Source: Takakia lepidozioides | Lineage: Eukaryota > Plantae > Bryophyta | Length of the DNA: 64,000 nt | Assembly (NCBI GenBank): GCA_030704615.1 | Contig: CM060732.1 | Coordinates: forward strand, 63,550,001 to 63,614,000 | Reading direction: 5' to 3' | Part shown: positions 12,108-25,219 of the stretch, piece after piece | Numbering within the stretch: the first letter of the stretch is position 1 | Layout of the letters: every line of letters starts with the position of its first letter | The notes under the pieces: model-generated | What the model saw: only the letters and a program-made list of their open reading frames with translations | Told to the model about the DNA's origin: nothing | Database searches by the model: none | Position numbers and translations under genes: made by a program

Positions 12108-13116
12108 AATATGCAAGACCACTTTTGATATGATGGTGGGAATGTCATAATGTTATAGTATGAGCAAAGTGTATATTGATCAAATGTCAGTGCTGCACTG
12201 GCCTTGAGCTGTCCATACCAATCATCACAAATCAAAGTATGATCATGGGACTGCAAGCCAGGGGATCACAGTAAAACCTTACTGCAGAGTTGACGAGGCA
12301 GTGCAGGGAGCAGAAACTCCAGGAGTGTTGGGGTTTGAAAGTCTTGCACCTAGTCCTGTATAGCCAAATTGATTTCTCTCCAGATTTCCTCTGGAGGTCC
12401 TAAGTTTTGAAGTCATAATCACTCACTGGACAGTGTTTAGTTTGTGGGTACTTGATTAGAATCAAAACCCCCTTACTTTGAAGTGCATACGCCAAGATAG
12501 AATGGTAGACCGTAGCCGATTCTCATTGTGTATTGAAACTGTCTAATAGCGTTTGCTTCTCTTAGGCTCGATGGATTCTAAGTTCTTCTTTGTTCTGTAT
12601 ACTTGTTTAGTAAGGGACTAAGAGAGAAGAGATATATGAACATGAAGGAAGGATGACCTGAATAGCAGTTGCTTCCTCTTAGGAACAATGGAATATTTAA
12701 GGATGATTAAAATAAACTTTCTTCAAAAAACAATCAAGAGAAGCAGCCCCCCCCCCCCCCCCCTGACAACTTTTTTCAACAAAAAGGGCAGTGCCCCAGA
12801 ACGCTAGTAGAAATTGTTGAAGGGAGAAAACTGAAAACCCTCCATAACACAAAAAGAGACACACACTAGAGGGGAAGCCCCTGGAGTCACTAGAAGGGAT
12901 CACATGAGCGGATGTGTGGCAGTTCAGTGGAAGGAGTTGGTTTAGAATTTGAAGATTCCTAGGTACTTTGTATATGGTACATCATACAGAATAATTCGAA
13001 GAGTGCACTAAGTCCATTGACGTGGATGGCTTGGATTGAAAAAACATCAATGACGCCGTTCTTGTCTGGCTGCCTTGTAATTTCTCTTGGAATTTGGGGC
13101 TTGCTGGATGTCGGTA

Positions 13117-16100
13117 GAGAGAAATGAAATGGTGCTTTATAACGTCCGCGGAAAGTTCGTAGAGCTTATGGGACAAAATGGAAGAAAACATGAGAGAGGA
13201 ACAAATCCAGAAACCACAATTAATGTTCTAGCGCTTGTCTAAGGGTGAAGGCCTCGTGTAGGTAGGCTGCCACGCATTTTTGATCCTCATAGTGAAAGAC
13301 ATCAGTGAGAGTTTGGGTTCCACTGAATAAACAGTGGAATCTCCCACGGATCTCGTAGTATAGAGGGCAGTAGAAGAAGAAGTGTTCTTCAGTTTCAATT
13401 TCCTTGCTACGCCCTATGCAAGCTGGACATAGGCGGTCCTCCCGTTGCAGGTTTTCCCATCTGCCAGTCTCTATCCGTAGGTTGTGGGAACCCCCCCTGA
13501 ACCGCCCCAATGCCCTCAAGAGGGAAGGAGATAAGGGTGCTGAAAGGTAATTTGGTCTCAAGATTCTATCATTGCGGAGCACCAAGAATGTCTCTCGATA
13601 GAAGTGGAGCTTTGTCGTGAGATTGGGTAGCATCCAAGTTCTCTTGACATGTACTTCCATAAGCTCTCTCCGAATGAGTCTGTTGCGGTCATGTCTGGAT
13701 GTGATGTCCACCTCATCTGGGTTCATTGGTAATAGGAAAGCAGTAGAAAGTCCATTACGTTGAAATAAACTGTCCACTCGAGCATACCAGGAGTTCCTGA
13801 AACCTGCAGCTTTGAGCCTCATAGATGTTGTGAGGCCCTTGCCACTAGCCCTTTGGGTGGAAGGGCCTGCAATCTATGGAGAAAGATTGTAAGCCTAAAG
13901 AGGGCCTCGGATTGCAATGGTACACATGCGAACTCGGCACCTAGGATCTGAGATGGAGTTGTGCTCCTGGCGCCAAGCATTGCTTGGAGAAAAGATGACT
14001 GTAATGGTTCCAAATTCTTTTCCCCACCAGGAGACAGGGACACCAGGTGCCAGAACTCACAACCATAGATGGTAGCAGGGCTGACGACGGTGTCAAACAA
14101 CCACTTTTTGGTGGGGGATGCCGCAGATGTATTTGCTTGCATTTGGCCTGAAGGCGGACGGAGGCCGCCTTACCTTTAGTCAACCTGTCCAAGGCAGTGG
14201 CTGCAAAGTGAAACTTGGGGGAGTGGATAACCAGACCTAGGTACCGGTATAATTTCACAATCTCAATTTCCTGCTGGTTGAAGATGAATCTACGATCAGC
14301 CTGGCCATTGAAGACCATGATCTTGGTCTTGCTAAGATTGACCTGCATCTCATAGTCTTTGCAGAACTGTTCCAAAATTTTGAGATGGCGTTGCAGAAAG
14401 AGGGGATTGTGCCAAAAGGGCAACATCATCAGCATAGAGGAGATCTGACTAGGTTGGTCCCCCATCCAATGGGACCCCAACCCCATGGTTTTTTTATATG
14501 TAATTCTCCAAGGCGTCAATGTAGATCCCGAACAGGGTAGGTAAAAGGGGGCCGCCCTGTTTGACTCCAATGTTGCTGTGGATCTCGATTGAGAACTCAC
14601 CAGCGACGTTGACCATGCCAGTGACAATCTCATACATAGAAGAGATGGCACAAAGGATGTCTGAAGGGACTTCCACTCTATGGAGCCGTTGGAAGAGAAG
14701 GTCCCGAGGAACTGAATCAAAGGCTTTGTGAAAGTCCACGAAGCAAACATAGACCATTCTTTTGTCACAACGTGCACTTTCCACCATAACCTGAAGAGTG
14801 AAGATGTGGTCAATAGTGGATCGGTTTCGACGGAAACCAGCCTGTCCCTCAGCACGAATGCGAGAGTACTCAGCCCAATCATCCAGTTCCATGGCCACTA
14901 CTGCCCCAAACAGTTTAGCAAGTAATGAGGACACCATGATAGTACGATAGTTTGTCGGTGCGAGGCTGTCACCGCTCTTAAAAAGTGGGTGGATGATGCT
15001 CTTTGTCCACTCTGTTGGAAAGCCCCGTTGCACCACCTCATTGAAGAGGTTAGCTATAAAAGGGGCTAAAGTAGGTGCAGCTTGATGAATTCACTCTGAA
15101 GTCCTGAAATGTCCACCGCTATGCCATTTTGCAGCTTCTTGATTGCCTTACTGACATTGGCTGTAGTAAAGAGAGAGAAGTGAAGGGGTTTAGAGGTTAT
15201 AGGAGAAGGAGTTTGGGTTGGGAAATGGTACAAAGACTGTGCATACTCATGCCAGACATGAATGTCAGTGATTGGGGGGGGATCTCTATGAGGTTTAAGG
15301 AGGGACCAAAAAGATCGAGGAGAAATCTGATTTTAGCAAGGAAAGAAGATTGCAACTTGATAGTGTAGGCTTGCTTTTTGGATCTAATGAGGGACTTATA
15401 GAGCTTAAGAGCAAGATTAGTGGACTCTGGAGAAGAATTGGTATCAAGTAGTAAAAATTTGATGCGACGTCTAGCAGTCTTGCATTCCTCATCATAAAAT
15501 GGTGCGTAACGACGAGTGGAGAAGGGTGAGGAGGTAGATGGAAGGGTGACGGGAAAGGATCGTAGGGCTGAGTCCCAAAGGGCTTGAGTAAGATGTGTAG
15601 CCTTGTCGTTAGGAGATGATAGATGTAGAATGGAAGGGAGGGTTGACGCTAGGTATGTTTCATACTCGGCGTCGTGTAAGTGAGAGAAAGGGGTATTAAA
15701 GTGGATACGTGGGTGTAAGGGAAGAGACGCAGAGGGATCCTCACGGGGAGGGAGATGGAAGGAAATGCAAAGGAAAGGCAAGAGTGATCAGAATCCGGGT
15801 ACCTCGTGATGTAAAATGAGCTTATTCTATCAGACTTGTTGGGGCTCCCGAAGAGATAGTCAACCACGCTTTGGCCCTTGTACGTGTGGCAAGTGAACTG
15901 GATGGAGGATTTGAAGTTGGTTGTTCCATTGTAAATGGACAGCCCCTGAGTTTCACAAAACTTGAGTAGATGGAGACCGTAACTTGTGATTTCGCAAGAG
16001 GAATCTGCACTTTGCCTCTCCAATTCCGTATGCGAGCGTTGATGTGTTAGAGGATCTGTGTGGTCGAGGGGGCCTGTAGTGATCCTGTACGGGCATTGAA

Positions 16101-17122
16101 ATCTCCAACCAAGAAAATGTCCGTTTGTGGGGTACGGAGACGGGCCATATCGTCTTCCAATGGAACATATGGTGAATCTGTTCGAATATGTAGACTGCTG
16201 TGCGGAGAGGCCGGGGAGCAAAATAACATCCCGCCAGCAGGATGTTGTAGCCTTTGATGTGACACCAAATGTACCTTGCCAGTGGGTCTTTGTATGGGAA
16301 GGAGATAAATGGGAGAAGCCAGTCTGCAAAGTAACAAGCCACACCTCCAAATCCTTTGAGACCTGTACGTGGACGAATCACTGACTGAAAGCTATACCCG
16401 AGAATAAAAGGGGGGTCCTTTCCTTCATACGCATGAGTTTCCAAAAGAAAAAGAACATCACACTTGGAAAGAATATCTAGAAGCCCTTGAGGGTGGCTCC
16501 ACAATGAGCCATTACAGTTCCATGAGCTCTTTGCTAAGGGATTCCACCTGCAGGTGGATGCTTGCTATGAGGGGATCTGGGAGGCTCTCTTCTCTGTGAA
16601 GGTCTTCACTTCGCCTTCAAGTTTTGAAAGACGCGTATGTGTGGATTTGTCATTGAGATGTTTCGCTAGACCTTGAAGTTTGTTAGTGCACTCCTGAAGA
16701 GAGGCAAGCAAAACGCTGTCCTGAACTCGCGTATTGTTCTCCAAGTCTGTGTATCTGTCTGCCAATCTTTGTCCAAAGAATCCATGCGCATTTCCCAATT
16801 TTTGTTAAGGGAAGGCATCCGCGTCTCCCAGTCTTTGTCTAGGGAAGCCAACCGCTCCTCCGAGTCATTGTCACGGGCAGCGAGCACTTGCTGCAGAGTC
16901 TCCTCCGAGATGCATTTCGTTTGTAAGATGGAGATTTGGTCCCGAAGCGTTTGAACATCAGCACTCCTTGTGGAGTACTGACGCAAAGGAGAGGCTTGAT
17001 GAGAGACAGGGGCAGGAAGAAGAAGCAGAGGGGAATCAGGTCGACGTGAGGGAGAGAGAGAAGACTCCGGCCGAAGGCGGCGTAACTAAGAGTCACTTCA
17101 CCTTGCCGCTACTGCCCCCTTT
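13117..17122 (-). mobile_element. Non-LTR retrotransposon (RTE/RTEX-like LINE), near full length, frameshifted
   Basis: APE endonuclease N-terminus SWNCNG...LFLLETH (~16540-16430); RT motifs QAGFR, FVDFHKAFDSV, GVKQG and LLYADD (~14430); C-terminal RFRGGSHNLRIETGRW...CPAC...EEHFFFYCPLY; a coiled-coil ORF1 remnant at 16565-17100; 3' end in CATTT repeats. Flanking 13-bp TSD with 1 mismatch: ctggatgtcggta (13104-13116) and ctggatgtctgta (17123-17135). Confidence 0.9.
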
Positions 17123-17329
17123 CTGGATGTCTGTATTGACTTATTTCTACCAGGAGTGACTTTGCAGAACTTGTTGGTCCTACCAATCCACTTATTAGAC
17201 GATCACCTATCAAATCATTCTTACTCTTCCTACGTTTCTACAAATGCATGGTTGTAAGGTCATGTTCAGAGAGAGGGAGAGAGATTGACAAATTGACTTA
17301 AAACCGGAAGCTCTTTTAGCTTAAAATGC

Positions 17330-18860
17330 CTAGGCCAGCATCCAATAGATGGCACAGTGTGGTATTGTGGCTGGTATGAAAAAACTGATACCAGCCTGGT
17401 CTGCTATATGACCCAGTCCTTCTCCCAAATAATACCAGACTGACCTGGTATCTAATACCAGTACATGTACCGTCCTTCTCCTATATACCAGTCCAACACT
17501 GGTCTTGACTCTTGACATGTGGTTTTTGGAGTAAGGAATCTTTTCTAATATAGCTCTTTTGGTATCCGGAAGTCGGCTGACTACACTACACTGTGAGGTC
17601 ATAGAACACGAGGGAAAGCAAAGCACCGACCACTCAAGAGTTTCAAACACTGATTAAGCGCTTTCTGCTTTGCAGGAATTTTGGTTGTAATTGAGGAGAA
17701 GTGCAATCGATGAGAGGTTTGCTTTAGAGAGACTTGAGTAAGGGCAAAACTCTTGTAGGGGCTTGACAAAATAGTAGACAATGCTCCAGGGATTCAATGA
17801 TCCCCGATGATTCTCGATCGAACTTTAAGCTCATTCTCAACATTTGCGATTTCCAACTTTCCAGAGGACTGTGCAGATCTTAGCCGGCCTGGTTTTTGCT
17901 GGGACTGATCATCAGTGCCAAATAAGAATCCAATTTTCATTCTCACATCGGCCCATTTCTCTTGCAATGGGTGGGCGTCTAACAGGGCTTCGTAAGCTTT
18001 CTTAGCAATGTAGTGAAAGACCGGTTCGACCTGATTGTCTTTCAGTTTCCAGTTCATGACATGATCGGGTCCATTCGAAGCTCACCGGTGGTCTGCCGGC
18101 CGCAATCGATCCTTGAAACAAACCTGCTACTCGCCAGCCATGAGGCCAATATGGGAATGTTGGAGGTCGGGATTTGGTCATCAAGGACCCAAATGGAGGG
18201 ATCGGATTCATGTCTTTGTTGGGGCTTGACTAGCTGCAGATGCGGACTGGAATGGTGAGGATAGAACCAGGCTGCGATGAGCGCAGGTGCGAGGTCAGAG
18301 AAATTGGATAGATCTATTCTGAACATCCGCGGAGCCAGGACGGTGGGATCTTTCCTGTTTTCAGATCGTTGCCAGCTTTTACCCTCACCTCGAGGCTTAA
18401 CTTGGTTTCTGTTCCAAAGGTCTGTGATTTCCAAGGTTGACTCCGACCTTGAGTCCGGGCAATGCAGACCAGCGATGGGCTTGACTTTTTCTCGACCGGC
18501 GAAGCTGGTATGCTGTACTCCAGAGTTTAGGAAGAGGTGCCGCCTGAGAACCTCACTGTGATTTCAGAAACTGGATCTTTCTGCATGAGCAGGTACGTGG
18601 CGGAACTTCGCCCACGCGCACCAGCTTGTTGACCATGCTCTGCAGCCAGGATTATGCGGGTAAGGCAGCGGGTAGAGACGTCATTATGGGGCCCATCGGG
18701 CTGTTTAGAAGGTGAGCTTTCCGAGATATTGTCTACTACGATGAATTTCCACCATGATCCCCCTTCGGCTCCCAAGAGCCTGGGGATCTGGGATCTAGGC
18801 CATCTGCCTACCTGAGAAAATGGGCGCTTGGTGCTTTGGATCCGGAGACACAAATAGCCT
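17330..18860 (-). mobile_element. Degraded L1-like LINE 3' region (zf-RVT-like)
   Basis: Broken frames give RLLGAEGGSWWKFIV, FHYIAKKAYEALL...KW and ESLEHCLLFC (~17800-17765), resembling the post-RT zinc-binding region of plant L1 elements. Confidence 0.5.
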
Positions 18861-19544
18861 CTTTTATCTCGTCATAAATGCTTGACCAGTACAATGAACG
18901 TATATATGGTAAAGCTTACTAACAGCCTTAATTGCACTGTTTGAACTGTAGCTCGAGCTGCATATTCCGGGTAGTTTGGAAGGACTTCCAACAATTACAA
19001 CAAGTTTAAATAAGATCATCGATAACCTGCACTATTCACATCTTCTTCAGCTGGACATGAGCTCGACATGAGTAAAGATGGCACCTGCTGAGGTACCAAA
19101 AGATTTTTTATTAACTATGACACAATGCTAGATGAGGAATTCGAAAGTTCTGGTGTGAGTCAATCTGGGGAGAGGTGGTCAACCTAGATCAAAGAATCAT
19201 GCCTGTACTAGGGGCATGCAATTAGCTTCGCTAGCTCAACACCCCGGGATTTAAAATGGACTTGCAAAGTTGGATCTCTCTCTAGGCTAAAATTGAGGCT
19301 TTGAAGTGTCCGATATTAACATTTGGTCCATAGCATGGAAGTCCGCATGCATGGAAATTTTTATTATGGGCTCGCAACCTTAAAACGTGGAGAATCTATC
19401 TATGCAGGTTGGTTCCCAAATAATGTCCATGAATTCAAATTTAGTCCTAGGTAGCCGTCTCTCAGCTTCGCTTGAGCATGCATGATTGACCTTTCTGAAG
19501 TCCTCGGAGGACGCGCTTGTTGTTCTCTTGAAAAGTGCAGCTAG

Positions 19545-22500
19545 CTAGCACGTTAGATAATCTGCAGGGGGAGCCGGAAGCGTTTGGTTTGGGCCGATGC
19601 CATTCTTCACAATGAACACGGTCTTCATGCCCCAGGTCAAATGCATGTCGAAGTGACAGTGCATGAACCACACACCTGAAAAGAACCAAAACCCATTAAC
19701 ATATGACCTCGGAGACCATCATTCGGGAGTGACAAACATACATCAATCGGGTAGATTCCATACACATAATCCTCAGACCTGTGAATCTCTTCCAACTGTG
19801 CTGAGACTTTGACTCGGACTGTGCTCGAAACCACAAAGGTATTCAAAGATATCTAAGTTAGACAAACTTAGTTTATCTCTTCAACATCTATGAAACTTGT
19901 GGTAGATTTACCTGGGTTATCTGCAGTAAATCGAATGACTGCCCAGCCTCCAGATGGAAGTTCAACGGTGTTGCGCTTTACTGGATCCACCAAATTCAGC
20001 TTGGCTGTTGCGTTGTCGTAGTTCCCAAAGCCCCTCCCTACGACAAAGAAACTGAAACCATGGAGATGAATAGGATGAGTCTCAGCGCCAATATTGTTGG
20101 AGTCCTGCAGCACTATCTCCACGTTGGAGCCGTATTCGATGACACTAGCTTTTGTACCAAATGATACTGCTACATGGTCCAAAAAACCTTCTCCTGTATA
20201 GTTATATGGTGTTGCAGGACCGTCTCCTGGGAAGTCTGTCGTGTAGATTCCAGAAATATTGTAGTAATAGGCTTGCAGAATGGAAGTTGACTTTGGAGTG
20301 ATGAAGGAGACATTATTGATAGAGGCTTCGAATCTCTCCGCTTCAAAACCCGTGCAGATTGAGCCATTGGCGCATGGGATCAGATTGAGCGCAATAACAA
20401 GGAAAAAGCGCCGATCCACTGTCTGAGGCACACTAGAATTGGAAAGTCCTTTGAGGTTTTCGATAAATTTGGTGGTACTGTTGCTGTCAAATACTCCAGG
20501 GACGTCAGGGTAGAAATTCGGGCTAGAGCTGTTCGAGGTAAGATTTCCTTTGGCTGATTTGTACTCCAGTAAACCGATGGCCGGTATAGTTTGGACTGTA
20601 ACGAAGTTGTTAGCATCATAAGGGGACAAAACTATTGTGTAGCTGGCGTTTGTCGATTGGTTAGCCGTAAGCAGAACACTTGCGGTTTGACCTGGAGATA
20701 TGAACACATAGCTCGAAGTGTAGGGCTTAGTGTACCACCCATCTGCTTCCACCACCGTTAGGCTGTGATTCGCAATCGAAAAAAATAGCTCAGTGTTCAC
20801 CGCTACATTCGCGAGGCGAAGCAAATACGTTTTCCCATGCCGCACGCCGAGTGTGTAAGTACCTGAAGCGTGAACCAACATTCCACTGAACATTCGGATC
20901 ACATATCTCAACGAGGTTACTCACAGGGGCATCACAAAGTAGCACAACTAGAAAAGGCGAAAAGCTGCGTCCAATGTATAAACAGCTGTGCCCGAGTCTG
21001 CACATGAAGGAAAACATGCGTGACTAGTTCGTATACGGAGCGTGCTCAAAGAAGTTCTGCATACCTCCCGGATCGGCGCATAAAGCTATACTATAGTTTG
21101 TCCCAGGCTGGCCATCGATCAGATAGGCCCCAGGAGAATTTGGACCTCCTCCTGAAGCAATCAGTTGATTTTCATATTGCTCCACATCGCCTGGCCAGTA
21201 GTCCCCTGAATACACCACGGAAAACCGAATTCTTAAATACTGTAGACCTTATACATATATGGCAGATCATGCTTTCTGTAACCTTCGTAACTCCCCCTCA
21301 GTCAGCCAGAGCATCGATCGAGAGGGTGCATGCAGCTCGCGATTCATCCGTCCCAGAGCTCTAGATGTATCTTGGCTGAAATCTGTGTACAAGTAACTAA
21401 CAGTAGTTGTTGTTTTGTAGGTCTACATGTCTTAATAATTTCCATGGGCTCAAATTGTGCTGACGGTGGTTATATGTACAATTCAATTGGTGATCAAGAA
21501 TGAGTGTCAGCTAAGGGGGTATAATAGACTGACTACGTGATTGCTAATTAATCAATCTTGTAGTGGGTGGTGAGTAAATTGCACCGATATTGATGTCCAA
21601 CCTGTTCGAAATTATAATATAGGATGCCACATGGAGACTAGAAACTCACCAAGAAGGATGGGGACCTCCTTATGTATTGGTGGATAATCTGCGGCGAAAG
21701 GATAATTGTTGCCCGGCTTGGGGTAGATGATGAAGAAACCGTGAGCAGTAGCTCGCAACCAGGAGGTATGTGCATGCCACCACAATGTTCCCTCCTGACC
21801 GGGCACTGTGAAGTTGTAGGTGTAGCTTTGCCCTGGTTGAATGGGACACTGTGTTATGCCAGCTATCCCGTCAGCCCATGCAGACAGACGTTGATCAACT
21901 CCATGCCTGCGCATAAATGCACCCAGATTCTTTCCAGTCAACAACGAATTACCCTCTCAAAGATTTCAGATTATCAATTAATTAGTTTCTGTGACGACCG
22001 TCCACCTTATGGATTCATGAAAAAGCACGGTGAGTCTAATCAAGATGGCTGCTATTCGGTCGATATATATATCTAGATCCTAGATCAATAAAATGGAATT
22101 GCAGATATCTGAGTACAATTGACATCATGCGCACAGATTCCTGTTCAGCAGCAGGTGATCTCGCTCTTGGGATAGAGAGCGCGGTCCTGTGCATCCAATT
22201 CAACACTGACTAGAAGGTTGAAAGTCTAATTACATGTAATAATGTGATACACATCTTTCATGTTTGTGGGAACATACCAGTGGATACTGATGTTGTATTT
22301 AATACGGTTTACCAACTTCACCAAGATCCTATCGCCCTCATAAATCTTTATTGTGGGGCCAGGAAATTTTCCATTCACAGTAACAATCTGTGAGGTGTTG
22401 CACAGAACTGTACGGTTCGCGTATTTTATCTGCCATGCGCCACAGAGTCAAAGAACAGCAACTCCAAGGAATTCCAGAGCCTGGAGTGAAATCTTTGGTG

Positions 22501-23214
22501 ACCCAACATAGATAATGAAACTAGTACCGCTTGGTTGGCCAGCATAGTTGAACAGGATTCGCGTCCCTGGCGAGATTCAAATCGGTTGATACATGTACAT
22601 GAACAAAATTAACTTATTTAAAGGACATAGATTACACAAATGTCGTGTTTAGAACTCCAGGTGTTTCTAGAGCTGGACAAGTATATGGCATCCGAGCTGC
22701 AGATAAATATCTAGATATTGATCTACAAATGGAAGGATGAGTAGCACTTGCCACCTCGCATGTAATCTGTTTTGTACAAGGATTCTGCCCGTGGTACAAA
22801 TTGAAATAGCATTTCCTGCCCCACGACTCTTGCCTTCATTCTGATGAGTAAATTACTCCATTTCCACTGGGGCGCGGGAATAAGAAAGGGCGCGGGGGAT
22901 GAGTATTAGGTACAGTCGCGAGCTGAAGGGTGATTATGCATGCAAAAAGGCCTAAAGAATATAGTGTGCAGCGTGGTACTGACCTTGAATTTGTAACTTC
23001 TTGTGGTTGGTAGCGGATGCGTCGAGTTGGAATTTGACTTGCTTTCAGAAGGACTGAGAGCATCTGACTCATTCGACAGCGCTACAGTTTGTCTCAATAC
23101 GCTTAGGAGCAGTACAAGCTGGATAACCAAGTTCAACACTTGAGATCTGGAAACAGAGACAGAACGTGCACATCTACTCTTTCGCACTTCATATTCCATA
23201 GTTGGGCTGTTCAT
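19545..23214 (-). CDS. Laccase (multicopper oxidase), intact, 6 exons, ~620 aa
   Basis: Exons 23214-22984, 22429-22278, 21906-21650, 21205-21065, 20862-19912, 19675-19545 are all GT-AG and join in frame (1863 nt). Signal-peptide-like N-terminus. All four copper motifs are present: [31 protein letters not shown]. Confidence 0.95.
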
Positions 23215-24245
23215 TCAGCCAAACGACCCCTGTGAAGATCGATGGAGAGAGAGAAAGTGAGAGAGAGAAATTGTGAGCTCGAAAGGAACTGTGATTCGTA
23301 ACTTCTATAAGAACTGCAGAGAATTCATATCTTGTGGGACAACAGTCCTACTACTTCACTCGAACTAACCGCACGTGCTAGCTAGCTAGAATAAAAAGAG
23401 AAGGGGAGACTAGAAAGAGGTCATGACCAGGGATCAGTCAATATCACCTTATAAGTTAGAGTCACATGTTCAAGCAGTTGTATGTGGGAGAGAGACAAGC
23501 TGACCGACACATGAGCTCAGTGATCATCCCGTTTCTTCATATACCCCCTGCATGGACGGGAGGAAGTTTCCCGCCACTTATGCAGCGGCAAGCTCATATA
23601 TGAGACCAGCTCCATGGGCGCTAATTCGGCAAGACGACCGATGTGATTGTGTGGATCACGGGATGGTAAGCTTGTTGCCTAAGAAATTCCTTGAGGACCT
23701 GAGTGCTCAAAGTCAGAGAGTTTGAAACAGCGCACTCTTTGCAAGAGAGAATTGCGTGCTGGCAGTGTCTATCTCCTTTGTCAACGACTCCCTCCTCCAT
23801 GCACACCCCTCCTCTATTATATCTTTACTCTATCTCTGCTATGCTGTTTTTATCCCTCCGCCAATCTTGCAATGATCCTGCCCCAAGTTTCGAACTGATC
23901 CGAAAACTAATCTTCTGCCCCCTCGAACTTGCCCTCTCGAAATTGTTCCATTGCTCGAGGATGAGAACGCGCAGATCCAAGTGGACTTTCTACAAAGCAA
24001 ATGCTCGCCGAGAAATTGTGGTGAAGGGGGAGGACTCGTCCGTTCAGAGACCTTCACAGAAAACAAGTGTGTGGGTCAACGCAGGCGGGGCAGACTCAGT
24101 CGGGCAGCTGGCATTTTACTGAAGAATATTCTACCTTGTACGAGGTATCTCGGTGGTATTTTTTTTCTAACAAAGGGATACACCCCAACCGACCACGGCT
24201 AAGTCACAAACCAAGCCCTTAATAATAGTGAAAGGAGAAAATAAC

Positions 24246-24597
24246 CAGTGTTGGGCGGTTATTTGATTTCTTTCATAACCTCCTGTTCCGGTTTTTACAA
24301 AATCTTAGGATGAAAGATTTCTTTCATAACATCCGGTTCCGGTTTTTTCATATATTTTTTATGAAAAGATCCACTGGTTCCGGTTAATTGTAATAACCTC
24401 AAAGAACCGGCGGTTTTCATCAAATAACCGACGGGTCTTTGGTGGATCTTTGATGGTTTTCAGGCAAAATTACGTAACCGGCTGTTATGAGCCTTTGGCG
24501 GTTCTTTGCTTTTTTGACAACCACGATTATATATCCATATAACCTTCTTGATAACCTCCCAGGGTTTGTAGCTGAATCAAAGAACCTCCCAACACTG
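24246..24597. mobile_element. hAT-type MITE with perfect 8-bp TSD
   Basis: TIRs CAGTGTTGGGCGGTT ... AACCTCCCAACACTG; TSD AAAATAAC at 24238-24245 and 24598-24605; internal GGTTCCGGTT repeats. Confidence 0.92.
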
Positions 24598-24979
24598 AAA
24601 ATAACCTCTTTCACACTAACCTTGCCATCACAAGGGCCTTTATGTGCCTTCATAGCCTTTGTGTGCTAGGTCTTTTCTCTTTTTGTTGTGTTGGTAGGGA
24701 GCCTTGAGCTATAAGAAAGCTCCAATCACAGCTTAAACAGATGCTACATATATATCATTCCTAAAATGTCATATAACCCAAACAATACCTCTTCAGATCT
24801 CGCATATATATATAAAAGGAAACCTGACAGCCCACAATTTAGGTCCTTGAGGGGAGGATTTTTTTTTAAAAGAAACCTTGGAGCGACAGCCCACAATTCA
24901 GGCCCTTGAGGAGGGGGAAAGATTAAACCCCCTTCATTTATGGGCCATGAGACCTACAGGACGATCAATGCCCATACAT

Positions 24980-25045
24980 ACCCTCACGAACCCCAAACCA
25001 CCATAGCGACACACACTGTGCACTTACCAGCTGAGCTACCGGCCG
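24980..25045 (-). repeat. Degenerate tRNA-derived (SINE-head-like) sequence
   Basis: The minus strand reads GGCCGGTAGCTCAGCTGGTAAGTGC (A-box/D-arm like), followed by a degenerate GGTTCG B-box. No intact cloverleaf. Confidence 0.4.
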
Positions 25046-25219
25046 ATGTGTTTTTTTTTTAATCTCAAACCTCCTCCATCTTGCATTGGAAATTAACACC
25101 AAAACAATATGCAATATCTTATCAATTTTCTCTTAGATTGTTTTTTTTTGTGTTTTGTACATATTGAAGAACATCATATATTCCTTAAAACCATTAAATT
25201 ATATATTAATTGAAATAAC

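Noticed and set aside
13145-13152. Apparent compensatory stem change TCCGCGGA vs TCTGCAGA (50422) in the LINE 3' ends
   Set aside because: Fully explained by CpG deamination on both strands; not evidence of RNA structure selection.
20785-20820. miR397 target site in the laccase
   Set aside because: The homologous position (LANVAVNT) has too many mismatches to the canonical site.
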